Shown here piece after piece: positions 7,732 through 15,396 of a stretch of 38,670 nucleotides of DNA; within the stretch, counting starts at the first letter, position 1, and each line of letters starts with the position of its first letter. The notes below the pieces were generated by a model that saw nothing but the letters and a program-made list of their open reading frames with translations, was not told the origin of the DNA and did not search any database. The translations under genes and the position numbers were made by a program. Location of the stretch: IMG/VR virus record IMGVR_UViG_3300045988_088524, positions 1-38,670 of that record; one strand, 5' to 3'. Source of the stretch: a virus.

Positions 7732-10033
7732 AGCCCGCCACCTCCCTATCGGTTATAAACTGTATTCGTTCGGAAATTGCCGCCGCGAGTTCGTTGAAGT
7801 CCTGATATTGAACCCCATTGATGTTGATAACGATGCCGCCGAAACCTGACCCACCAAGGCCGCCCGACTTGGCGGGCTTAACTTCAGAAGTGGAGAAGTC
7901 CAGACCCTCGTTGATGCTCTTGGCAACCCCCGGAATCGTATCATCCCAACCCTCGCCAAGACCGAGAGCCAGAAACTCGCCCATTTCGGCAAACATCCTT
8001 GAGGGGCTGTGGATACCGAAGAAGTCCCTCAGTGTTTCCCTCAGCTTCTCGCCGCCCTCCTTGAACTTCTCCTTAACGCTTTCGACTCCGTTTTTGAAGC
8101 CCTCGCCAATGCCGTTCATCAACTGCTTGCCTATGTCACCCCAATCGACGGATAAAAATGCATCCTTGATTGCTGAGATGATTTCGGGGATTGCACCCAC
8201 TATCATGACGATTGCCTTGGGGATGCCCTCAATAATTGCCGTGAACAGGTTAACGCCTATGTCTATCATGAGCGAAATGTTGTTCATGAACGTTTCAATA
8301 CTCGCGGTTATAATTTCGGGCAGGGCTTCGACAACGTTCATAATTATTGTGGGCAGGTCAGCGATAAGTGACGAGAACAGTTCAACGCCCATCTGCATCA
8401 ATTCAGGAAAAGACTCCGCCAACGCTCCCGTAATCGAGGCTATTATCTCGGGGATTGCCGACACGAGATTTGTGATTATCGCAGGCAGGTCTTCAATAAT
8501 CGCCGTGAATAAGTCAATGCCCGCCTGAATTAGCTCAGATGTCAGTCCAAGTATAGCATTTACTATAGCGGAAATCAGCTCAGGAATTACCGCCACTATA
8601 CCACTAATTATGTCAGGCAAAGCACCAACTAGCGATGTGAGCAATGTAATTCCCGCGTTAACAATCAGCGGAATGCTTGTAACTACAGCGTCTATGACTG
8701 CGTTTATGATGGTCGGTATCATCGCCACTATAACAGGAATGTTTTCAACCACTGCCGTTATGACGTTCGTGATTATTATTGGAACAACTGAAATCAGTGT
8801 CGGAATCATTTCAATTATGCCTACTGCCAGATTGGTTACCAAGTCCAAAACTGCAGTGAGCAGGTTTGACAAAACATCGGGGCCAGTCAGAACTTCGATA
8901 ATACCAGTAACAACCTCGGCTAATGTGTTCATAAGTTCCCCAGAATTGTCGGAAATACCCCGTGTTAACTGGATAATTATTGTCGCGGCTGACTTCGCCA
9001 AATCGGGTAACTGCTTCATTGCGGTGTTTAGCACACTAGGTATTACTTTCACTAAATCCGTCGTTAGCGTAGTAACACTGTTAACCAAAATCGGGAAAAC
9101 GTCACTAAGTAGCTGCTCCAAGTGTGGCGGGATAACACTCGCTAAACTGGTTATTCCATCGAGTATTCGCGGGATAGTTTCACCGATTCGGGGAATAATG
9201 TTCTCGCCCACAGTTACGACACTCTCGACCAAGTTATCAATCAGCACACCGAGGTCTTGTGATGGGTCTGCCAGACCCGTCATTAAATTACCCCATGCCG
9301 ATTGCATGGAGGAAATGCTGCCCTGAATGGTGGTGCTTGCTTCTTTAGCGGTTGTTCCAGTTATGCCCATTTCTGTCTGTACTGCATGGATAGCTTCGAC
9401 TATTTTCGCATAACCAACTTCTGCCAACTGTGCGCCAATAGTCTGCGTATCGCTCAGGTCAAGCATAGCATCACCGAGTACACCAGAGTCGTTGACGAGT
9501 CTAGCCATTTCCGAAGCAGTACCGCCGTAGCCGAGCTTCAGGTTGTCGAGCATGGTGTAGTTCTGCTTGGCGAAACCCTGATAGGCATTCTGTATGGACT
9601 CTATGCTTGAACCCATTTTATTGGCGTTGTCCGCCATGTCGATTACGGCTTGGTTCGCCGCTTCAGCAGCAGCAGCTGTATCACCGTCAAGGCTCTGAAG
9701 CAATGACGCTGAGAAGCTGGTCACTGTTTCCATGTAGGCGTTTGCAGACATGCCCGCCGATTTATACGCAGCATCAGCATAACCCTGCACAACACCGGCA
9801 GAGTTCTTAAACAGGGTTTCCACGCCACCCACAAGCTGCTCATACTCTGCGTACTCGTCAATAGCACTCTTAGTTAGTGCTGTAACCCCCGCAGCAGCAG
9901 CAGTTACAGCCGCCCCGCCAACCTTTGCGGCGGTCGCAAGACCTGTCTTCAGCTTTCCAGACAAGCCGCTTATGCCGCTTTCGGCTTCAGATGTATCCGC
10001 ACCTATGCGTACAAACAGATCAAGCAGGTTCAA
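7721..10033 (-). CDS. tail tape measure protein
   Basis: 770 aa. It has a TP901-type N-terminal core, a long hydrophobic helical repeat region and a TTG start with RBS AAGAGGTGA. Confidence 0.9.
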   Translation of the reverse strand: MNLLDLFVRIGADTSEAESGISGLSGKLKTGLATAAKVGGAAVTAAAAGVTALTKSAIDEYAEYEQLVGGVETLFKNSAGVVQGYADAAYKSAGMSANAYMETVTSFSASLLQSLDGDTAAAAEAANQAVIDMADNANKMGSSIESIQNAYQGFAKQNYTMLDNLKLGYGGTASEMARLVNDSGVLGDAMLDLSDTQTIGAQLAEVGYAKIVEAIHAVQTEMGITGTTAKEASTTIQGSISSMQSAWGNLMTGLADPSQDLGVLIDNLVESVVTVGENIIPRIGETIPRILDGITSLASVIPPHLEQLLSDVFPILVNSVTTLTTDLVKVIPSVLNTAMKQLPDLAKSAATIIIQLTRGISDNSGELMNTLAEVVTGIIEVLTGPDVLSNLLTAVLDLVTNLAVGIIEMIPTLISVVPIIITNVITAVVENIPVIVAMIPTIINAVIDAVVTSIPLIVNAGITLLTSLVGALPDIISGIVAVIPELISAIVNAILGLTSELIQAGIDLFTAIIEDLPAIITNLVSAIPEIIASITGALAESFPELMQMGVELFSSLIADLPTIIMNVVEALPEIITASIETFMNNISLMIDIGVNLFTAIIEGIPKAIVMIVGAIPEIISAIKDAFLSVDWGDIGKQLMNGIGEGFKNGVESVKEKFKEGGEKLRETLRDFFGIHSPSRMFAEMGEFLALGLGEGWDDTIPGVAKSINEGLDFSTSEVKPAKSGGLGGSGFGGIVININGVQYQDFNELAAAISERIQFITDREVAGYGA
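8129..8656 (-). repeat. four tandem 44-aa (132-nt) repeats inside the tape measure
   Basis: Units start at aa 460, 504, 548 and 592 (AGITLL.., AGIDLF.., MGVELF.., IGVNLF..). Each contains LP.II...V.AIPEII. Confidence 0.7.
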
Positions 10034-10706
10034 ACGGTATCACCTCTTATTCTTGCCAAGTTCGTTTTAAAATCGCTCACAATTTCTTCTGGTGTGCGTT
10101 TTTCCTCGGGCTTTGAATTTATTAAGTCGCAATAGCGCACTGAAATATACCCGCCACCACCGATTTTTGCTGTGTTTTCGGTCAACACCCGCAAGCATTC
10201 AGCCAAGTACAGATTGAGGACCGATTGCTCACTTTGCCGCTTTAAAATCGTCGGTATTGCGGCAATCAGCCCCCTTGCACTCATTCTTCTCGGCATACCC
10301 AGCAAAACGGAGGTTACTTCACTTCCTCCGATACGCACGATTTGAAAAAATCCACAAAATCCTTGTCCTGCACTATCTTGCGGATATTCTGCATCACGAC
10401 CATAACATTGACGTGAGCAACTTCGTCGGTTGTAACAGGTCTGGTGCTGAGTGCTACAAGAACGCCGAAAACGTCAACCTTGTGCTTTTTAAGAATTATC
10501 GGCACAAGATTTGTGAGTTTCTCCATGCCAAAAACAAACTGCTGTGCTTTGGTCTTCGTTTCACCGTCATTTAACTTTGTTTTCAGTTCAGATGTGAGCT
10601 GCTCATCAGTCACAATGTTGGCAAGGTATACACTCACTTCACATAGTACGTCAATTGCCTCATTCGCTGTCAGTTCTGAAATCTTACGAACTTCAAACTT
10701 TTCCAC
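10030..10706 (-). CDS. tail assembly chaperone G-T fusion made by -1 frameshift
   Basis: The -1 frame at the slippery site reads ..FFQIVRIGGSEVTS.., which is continuous with ORF 10030..10338. Confidence 0.65.
10314..10706 (-). CDS. tail assembly chaperone (gpG-like)
   Basis: 130 aa, between the major tail and tape measure genes. GTG start preceded by AGGGGGT. Confidence 0.7.
   Translation of the reverse strand: MEKFEVRKISELTANEAIDVLCEVSVYLANIVTDEQLTSELKTKLNDGETKTKAQQFVFGMEKLTNLVPIILKKHKVDVFGVLVALSTRPVTTDEVAHVNVMVVMQNIRKIVQDKDFVDFFKSCVSEEVK
10344..10350 (-). other. -1 programmed frameshift slippery heptamer T_TTT_TTC
   Basis: The zero-frame reads GAT TTT TTC AAA, 27 nt before the gpG-like stop. 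Confidence 0.65.
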
Positions 10707-10727
10707 TGCCGCATACCCCCTAAATGT

Positions 10728-11531
10728 TTATTCCCAGATTGCATAAAGTGTGGTGTCCTCAGTAATCTTAAACGTTGCGCCCGCGTTGTAATCGGTACCA
10801 CTACCATTTGCCTGCGTGTTCCACTTTGAGAACGACTTTGTATCGGGAGGAGTAAAAGCATTGGACAGCGTAGTAACAACTGCACCGTCTGCATAAGGTG
10901 AATTACTGTCAGTCATTGTACCAGTACCACCGTTTTCATTGTACGTCACAGTATACGTAGCTGCTGATGTACCTGCGGCGGAATAAAACGTCATAGGCAT
11001 CACACTCTGTGCACTGATGGAAACGTGACCCGTCAGCTCGACGGATAACTGGCCCTTGCCATTCTTAGTGGTCTTGAGCGAGAAACCACCAGTAGAAAGT
11101 GCATTTTTCAGCTGAACGGCAACCATACCGCCACTCGCTGTGTCGCCTACCCACCAAATATCGCTGAAGTCGCTCTGTGCGAGGTCCTTACGGGGGGTCA
11201 CCTTTGTAGCGTCCGTACTATCTATGTCTGCCGCACCCAGCGCCAGCTTAATCGCTTCGGGGGTCATTCCGAGCGACGTGAACGACATCTTACAGTCCCA
11301 TCCATCAAGGTGTTTCAGTTCCTTCATGTTATTGGGGCAGTTATCCACGTCCTCACCCAGGTCGCTATAAGTCGGTACGCACGATGCGTTTATACCGCCA
11401 GTAGTGGGGCAGATGATATCCTCGTCCTTGGGCGCAGTCGCTGTAGCGGGGTCAAATGTTTTCAGAAGCACACCCGCATCAAGCTGTAAACCGTCAAATG
11501 TGTCTTTGGGAATGACCGTAAATTTACCCAT
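10728..11531 (-). CDS. major tail protein with C-terminal Listeria-Bacteroides (InlB B-repeat / Flg_new) domain
   Basis: Position, plus the C-terminal YTVTYNENGGTGTM...FSKWNTQANGSGTDY...TLYAIWE. Confidence 0.75.
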   Translation of the reverse strand: MGKFTVIPKDTFDGLQLDAGVLLKTFDPATATAPKDEDIICPTTGGINASCVPTYSDLGEDVDNCPNNMKELKHLDGWDCKMSFTSLGMTPEAIKLALGAADIDSTDATKVTPRKDLAQSDFSDIWWVGDTASGGMVAVQLKNALSTGGFSLKTTKNGKGQLSVELTGHVSISAQSVMPMTFYSAAGTSAATYTVTYNENGGTGTMTDSNSPYADGAVVTTLSNAFTPPDTKSFSKWNTQANGSGTDYNAGATFKITEDTTLYAIWE

Positions 11532-11547
11532 TATAACCAATCCTTTC

Positions 11548-11928
11548 TTAGTTTTTAGTCAAATATTCAGCAGTAATATTTATCAACTTACGTCGAATTA
11601 AATCATCTGTTTCATCTGTTTCATCTCGCATGGACGTGGCGAACGGCTGACCACGTTTTATCCATATTTTACCACCGCTACAGTCTATAACCACACCACC
11701 ATATCCAATGGCAGCGGAAATTTCCTCGGTCTTCGCATTTATGGCTGTCCACGAAGACGCGCGGTACCACAGCGACGCCGTCAACGCTGTATCGCCACCG
11801 CCAAAACTGTTAGTCGTTACCGAGTATGTTAGATACGGGAACGTGGCATCTTCGGGGACGGAATACTCTTGGTATGCCGTAAGTCCAAACCCACTGAAAA
11901 ATTTGTGCAACGCAGCAGCCTTAGTCAT
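11548..11928 (-). CDS. tail terminator / tail completion protein (putative)
   Basis: 126 aa, immediately upstream of the major tail protein gene. Confidence 0.5.
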   Translation of the reverse strand: MTKAAALHKFFSGFGLTAYQEYSVPEDATFPYLTYSVTTNSFGGGDTALTASLWYRASSWTAINAKTEEISAAIGYGGVVIDCSGGKIWIKRGQPFATSMRDETDETDDLIRRKLINITAEYLTKN

Positions 11929-11939
11929 ATTGTGTCACC

Positions 11940-12296
11940 TCATGTCTGTGTAGAGGGTTCAAACTCCTCGGCTGTGAACTGAGAAATCTGGAATGACGCT
12001 GACTGCGGGGTTTTCTTGTCGTCGCCATCTGACGTCGCCCGAAAGACTTTACCATCAGACAGCCGCTTGAACACGTCATGGTATTCCACAGATAACCCCT
12101 TGGGGACGGAAACGGTGTACAGCGAAGTAACCCCTGCCTTTTCCGCCACACGTGCCTCCATGGAACTATCGAAGACTATCGCAGCTTCGAACTGTGCACC
12201 CTCTGTCCATGAAATGGTGTATCCACCCTCACCGTCGGATACTTTATTCTTGTTCAGAAAAACACAGCTGGTCATGCTTTCGGATAACAGCGACAT
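11940..12296 (-). CDS. head closure / head-tail adaptor (SPP1 gp16-like, putative)
   Basis: 118 aa from ATG 12296 (RBS GGAGGAA). Contains DGEGGYTISWTEG. Confidence 0.5.
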   Translation of the reverse strand: MSLLSESMTSCVFLNKNKVSDGEGGYTISWTEGAQFEAAIVFDSSMEARVAEKAGVTSLYTVSVPKGLSVEYHDVFKRLSDGKVFRATSDGDDKKTPQSASFQISQFTAEEFEPSTQT

Positions 12297-12718
12297 TATA
12301 TCTTCCTCCACAAGTTCAACTTGTTAGCGAATGTCTTCTGCCATGACAGCGGTGCGCCCGCGTCAAACGCCTTGGTGTAGCTGTAACCCCCGAAAGATTC
12401 AGAGGTAAACGGCGAAGTTTCGCTCTCGTATTTCTTACAGTATTCTTCAATTTCGGTAGACAGGGCAACAAACGCCGGAGGAACGTTCATCGCCCATATC
12501 TGCCCGTCAAATACCTCATCAACGAGGGCAGCGAGGCTGGACGATTCGTTTTTGTATACGCCATCGTTGAAACAGCTGCCGACTATCCGAAAGTACTGAC
12601 CATCGAGAATAAAATCAAGCGGCGAGATGCTTTTGCTCTCGATAGTAAATGTTCCGCCGTGTTTGCCGCCCTTGGGGGTAAACCAGTTTTTGCATTCCAT
12701 ACACATTTTTGTGAGCAT
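12296..12718 (-). CDS. head-tail connector (Gp19/Gp15/Gp42-like, putative)
   Basis: 140 aa, directly after the capsid gene. Contains the SESFGGYSYT motif. Confidence 0.45.
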   Translation of the reverse strand: MLTKMCMECKNWFTPKGGKHGGTFTIESKSISPLDFILDGQYFRIVGSCFNDGVYKNESSSLAALVDEVFDGQIWAMNVPPAFVALSTEIEEYCKKYESETSPFTSESFGGYSYTKAFDAGAPLSWQKTFANKLNLWRKI

Positions 12719-12749
12719 TTTCTCGCCGCCTTTCGATACTGCTATCTAT

Positions 12750-13808
12750 TTAGCCCTTGCTGATGATTCTCGCAAAGGGGATAGCCTTGTTGTCATAGAA
12801 GCCCGTGCCGCCGGAGTTCTTCACCACAGTCCAACGCGCTGCTGTTTCCAGCTGCTCGTTAGTGGGGGAGATGATAGCCGAAGTGGGCTGTACGAAGCTG
12901 AAGCCCTTAGGCGCGAATATCTTACGCTGACGGGTAATCAACATTTCCTTGCCACCTGCAGACTTGGGGTCACGCCAAGTTTCGGAGGGCACCGCTGCAC
13001 CGCAGTCGCAGTAGTCAAACGCGCCCTGTCCGAGGATATAAGTCGTGTATTTGGTATAAGCGGGGACAACGTTCGGGGATTCGCCACTCTCGGGCACTTC
13101 CTCTGTGGGTACGTCATCGTCGATAAGAACGGTTCTACCGTTCCATGTTGCCAGTCCCGTGGACCTCTGGACGCCATTAGCGTCAGTCTGCTTGAAATAT
13201 TCAAGCACCTGCAGGTTCTCCAGATGTGTCGCTACCGTAGAATGCATGATTGCCATAGTAAACAGGTTCTTATTATCGCCGACTGCCTGCTGGATTGCGG
13301 TGTTCAGCGTAGTTGCGCCAACCATTGCAGCATCGTCAGTGTTGCCAGTGATGTCCAGCGTGTGCTTGGTGTTAAAGCTGTTTGCGGTTACGCCGAAGAT
13401 GCCCTTGAGGGTGGACAGGATAGTAACCTGGTCTACATCGTCCCAGTAGTCCGCTACCTGCTGAGCGATATCCTCCATGAAATCATGCCCAATAATGTCC
13501 TTGGAGAAGTCCTTTTCCTCCCACGCCTTAGCACGACCAACTACTATCATGGACTGCAGGAATGTGTCGAGGGTGCCGCCAGTAATATCGGTGTTGCCAT
13601 CGTAATTCTGCGCATCGCCGCCGATACGTCCCGTCATAGGTACGCTGATGAAGTTGCCGCCCGTCTGCTCTGTCAGCATAGTCTTAAGGTCCGCTCTGCT
13701 ACGCAGGATACCCGCCTTAATGAAAGCATTCTGCTTTACGCGAGGTACAGTTTCAAGGTATCTACCGAATACCTCGGAATTAAAAATCTTGGAATTAAAT
13801 ACACTCAT
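12750..13808 (-). CDS. major capsid protein
   Basis: 352 aa, after the scaffold gene. RBS TAGGAG. Confidence 0.85.
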   Translation of the reverse strand: MSVFNSKIFNSEVFGRYLETVPRVKQNAFIKAGILRSRADLKTMLTEQTGGNFISVPMTGRIGGDAQNYDGNTDITGGTLDTFLQSMIVVGRAKAWEEKDFSKDIIGHDFMEDIAQQVADYWDDVDQVTILSTLKGIFGVTANSFNTKHTLDITGNTDDAAMVGATTLNTAIQQAVGDNKNLFTMAIMHSTVATHLENLQVLEYFKQTDANGVQRSTGLATWNGRTVLIDDDVPTEEVPESGESPNVVPAYTKYTTYILGQGAFDYCDCGAAVPSETWRDPKSAGGKEMLITRQRKIFAPKGFSFVQPTSAIISPTNEQLETAARWTVVKNSGGTGFYDNKAIPFARIISKG

Positions 13809-13817
13809 AATTTACTC

Positions 13818-14432
13818 CTATTCTTTGTATAACGCCGCCACAGCATCAGCATGAGCGTTAGCATATTCCATCTGCTTCGACAGCGGCATCTTTTCGAAGT
13901 CCGCTTTCGTCATTGCGGTGTCGGTGTTGGGCGGTGTGTCCACATATGCACCATCGGTCTGGTCAGTCACGATGAAACCCGCCCAATCGCTCTTGATTGC
14001 CTCAGTAAGCTGGCCAACATTGACAAGCTGACCGTCCTTTACGGTCATACTGTCGAAGTCCGTGACCTTAAGTATCGCTTCCAGCCGCTTCTCATCGATA
14101 TGCTGTCCTTTCAGCAGGTCTGTATACAGTGCTTTCTTCGCCGAAAGTTCTTTTTCAGCCGCCACACTGGCTTTAAACTGCTCGAATGCTTCATGTTCTG
14201 CTGTGTACTTGGTTTCCCATTCGTCGTTAGCTGTCGCCCTCAGAGTGTCCAACTCTTTCTGAACATTCGGGAGCTTTTCTGCATCGGCTTTGTAAGTCGC
14301 AATTTCTTCCCGCAGTGCATTTATTGAAGTCACGTGTCCATCAATAATACTGTCAACCGCTTCGGTTACGTTTTCGGGGCTTACACCAGCCTTGCTGAGC
14401 ACTTCTTTGAGAAATGCCTTGGTTAACGCCAT
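13818..14432 (-). CDS. scaffolding protein
   Basis: 204 aa from ATG 14432 (RBS AAAGGAAG). It is acidic and helical and precedes the capsid gene. Confidence 0.75.
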   Translation of the reverse strand: MALTKAFLKEVLSKAGVSPENVTEAVDSIIDGHVTSINALREEIATYKADAEKLPNVQKELDTLRATANDEWETKYTAEHEAFEQFKASVAAEKELSAKKALYTDLLKGQHIDEKRLEAILKVTDFDSMTVKDGQLVNVGQLTEAIKSDWAGFIVTDQTDGAYVDTPPNTDTAMTKADFEKMPLSKQMEYANAHADAVAALYKE

Positions 14433-14492
14433 TACGATCTTCCTTTCTCTCGGCGGCTTTCTCTGCCGTTCAGATTCTTCTTCGTTATTATC

Positions 14493-14522
14493 ATTATACC
14501 ACACCAACGCCACTTTTGTCAA
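14493..14522 (-). promoter_or_regulatory. sigma-A-type promoter upstream of scaffold/capsid genes
   Basis: Minus strand TTGACA (14522-14517), 18 nt, then TGG-TATAAT (14498-14493). Confidence 0.6.
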
Positions 14523-14557
14523 GTAGTTTACTGCACTGTTCATTGTCAGCTGTTTTT

Positions 14558-14607
14558 CATTTGTATTGTATTGCACCCCTAAAGGGGTGCGCAATACAAT
14601 ACAAATG
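14558..14607. repeat. 22-bp-stem hairpin element, copy 1
   Basis: CATTTGTATTGTATTGCACCCC-TAAA-GGGGTG(CG)CAATACAATACAAATG. It lies 35 nt upstream of the -35 at 14522. Confidence 0.8.
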
Positions 14608-14759
14608 ACAAACTAACAGCCGCAAAATTGACATTTGTAATTGATTTGTATTGCTACAAATAAGCGTTAGGGTCAATTCCGAAGCGACTTCTCGGTAGTT
14701 GACCCTTTGACAGTTGCAATTATTTGTATTGTCAGCCGCACGACTGTCCATTTGACGGG

Positions 14760-15089
14760 CTACTCGCTGCTTTGCAAAGCGTCGTTGAGTATTCTTCGAT
14801 ACTCGTCCGCGTGGTCTGCCGCTGCAGGTTTCAAATAGGGCTGAGCGGGTGTTCTTACAGTGCCCATCTCGACATACACAGCATAGTCAACATTTGTACC
14901 TATATATGCGGCACTGTCGTCAGTTGTATGCGTGATACTGTTTCGCAGTCTGCCCGTATCCACGGGACAGAGTCGCTTCGCGTATCCCTCGGCAACGAGA
15001 CCTATCTTTTCAAGCCCCACCCCCACCTGGTCGGCTAGTGCATCAAGCACCTCTTCGGTATTATCTTGTCTAATCTCAAGCCCATTCAT
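14760..15089 (-). CDS. HK97 gp10-family head-tail joining protein
   Basis: Contains PVDTGRLRNSI...VDYAVYVEMGT...PYLKPA. ATG 15089 with RBS GGAGGAG. Confidence 0.8.
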   Translation of the reverse strand: MNGLEIRQDNTEEVLDALADQVGVGLEKIGLVAEGYAKRLCPVDTGRLRNSITHTTDDSAAYIGTNVDYAVYVEMGTVRTPAQPYLKPAAADHADEYRRILNDALQSSE

Positions 15090-15125
15090 GGCGGTTCTCC
15101 TCCATATCACAACACACGATACATA

Positions 15126-15236
15126 TCTCCTGCAAAAGAAAAGGCACTTTCTTTGAACTCTGATATATGCACCCGCCCTTACGTACCCCTAAGCGGACAT
15201 GGGCTTTCCTTGGCTTTTCTTTGCCCTTTCTTTGCA
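15126..15236. repeat. structured intergenic element A (shares a 34-nt core with 35986-36019)
   Basis: 15126-15159 matches 35986-36019 at 31 of 34 positions. 15131-15146 can pair with 15222-15236. Confidence 0.6.
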
Positions 15237-15237
15237 C

Positions 15238-15396
15238 TTAATACACAGCACCCTCTTCGGGTTCTATCTCCTCGCCAGACTCCAATGCTTTCTCGACCTC
15301 ACGGACAAGTGTTTCATCTGATGCACCCATCATGAGAAAGTACGGAAATCCACCAAATTTCTTAGTGTATGCCTCAATTGTTTCTTCTCGTGTCAT
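15238..15396 (-). CDS. 52-aa conserved-looking small protein downstream of MuF
   Basis: MTREETIEAYTKKFGGFPYFLMMGASDETLVREVEKALESGEEIEPEEGAVY. ATGA overlap with the MuF stop. It is below the track length cutoff. Confidence 0.5.
   Translation of the reverse strand: MTREETIEAYTKKFGGFPYFLMMGASDETLVREVEKALESGEEIEPEEGAVY

Noticed and set aside
7818-9326. Two plus-strand ORFs (236 and 238 aa) inside the tape measure region
   Set aside because: They are antisense shadows of the repetitive tape measure gene, giving low-complexity Ser/Ile/Pro-rich translations. They have no start context.
12627-13832. 401-aa plus-strand ORF covering the whole capsid gene region
   Set aside because: It is antisense to a well-supported major capsid gene. 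It has no ribosome-binding site, and its composition is Arg/Leu/Ser/Cys-rich. It is a typical shadow ORF.
14558-14607. The two long hairpins (also 20721-20769) as intrinsic terminators
   Set aside because: Neither strand has a U-tract after either hairpin. Copy 2 has no upstream gene to terminate on the minus strand.
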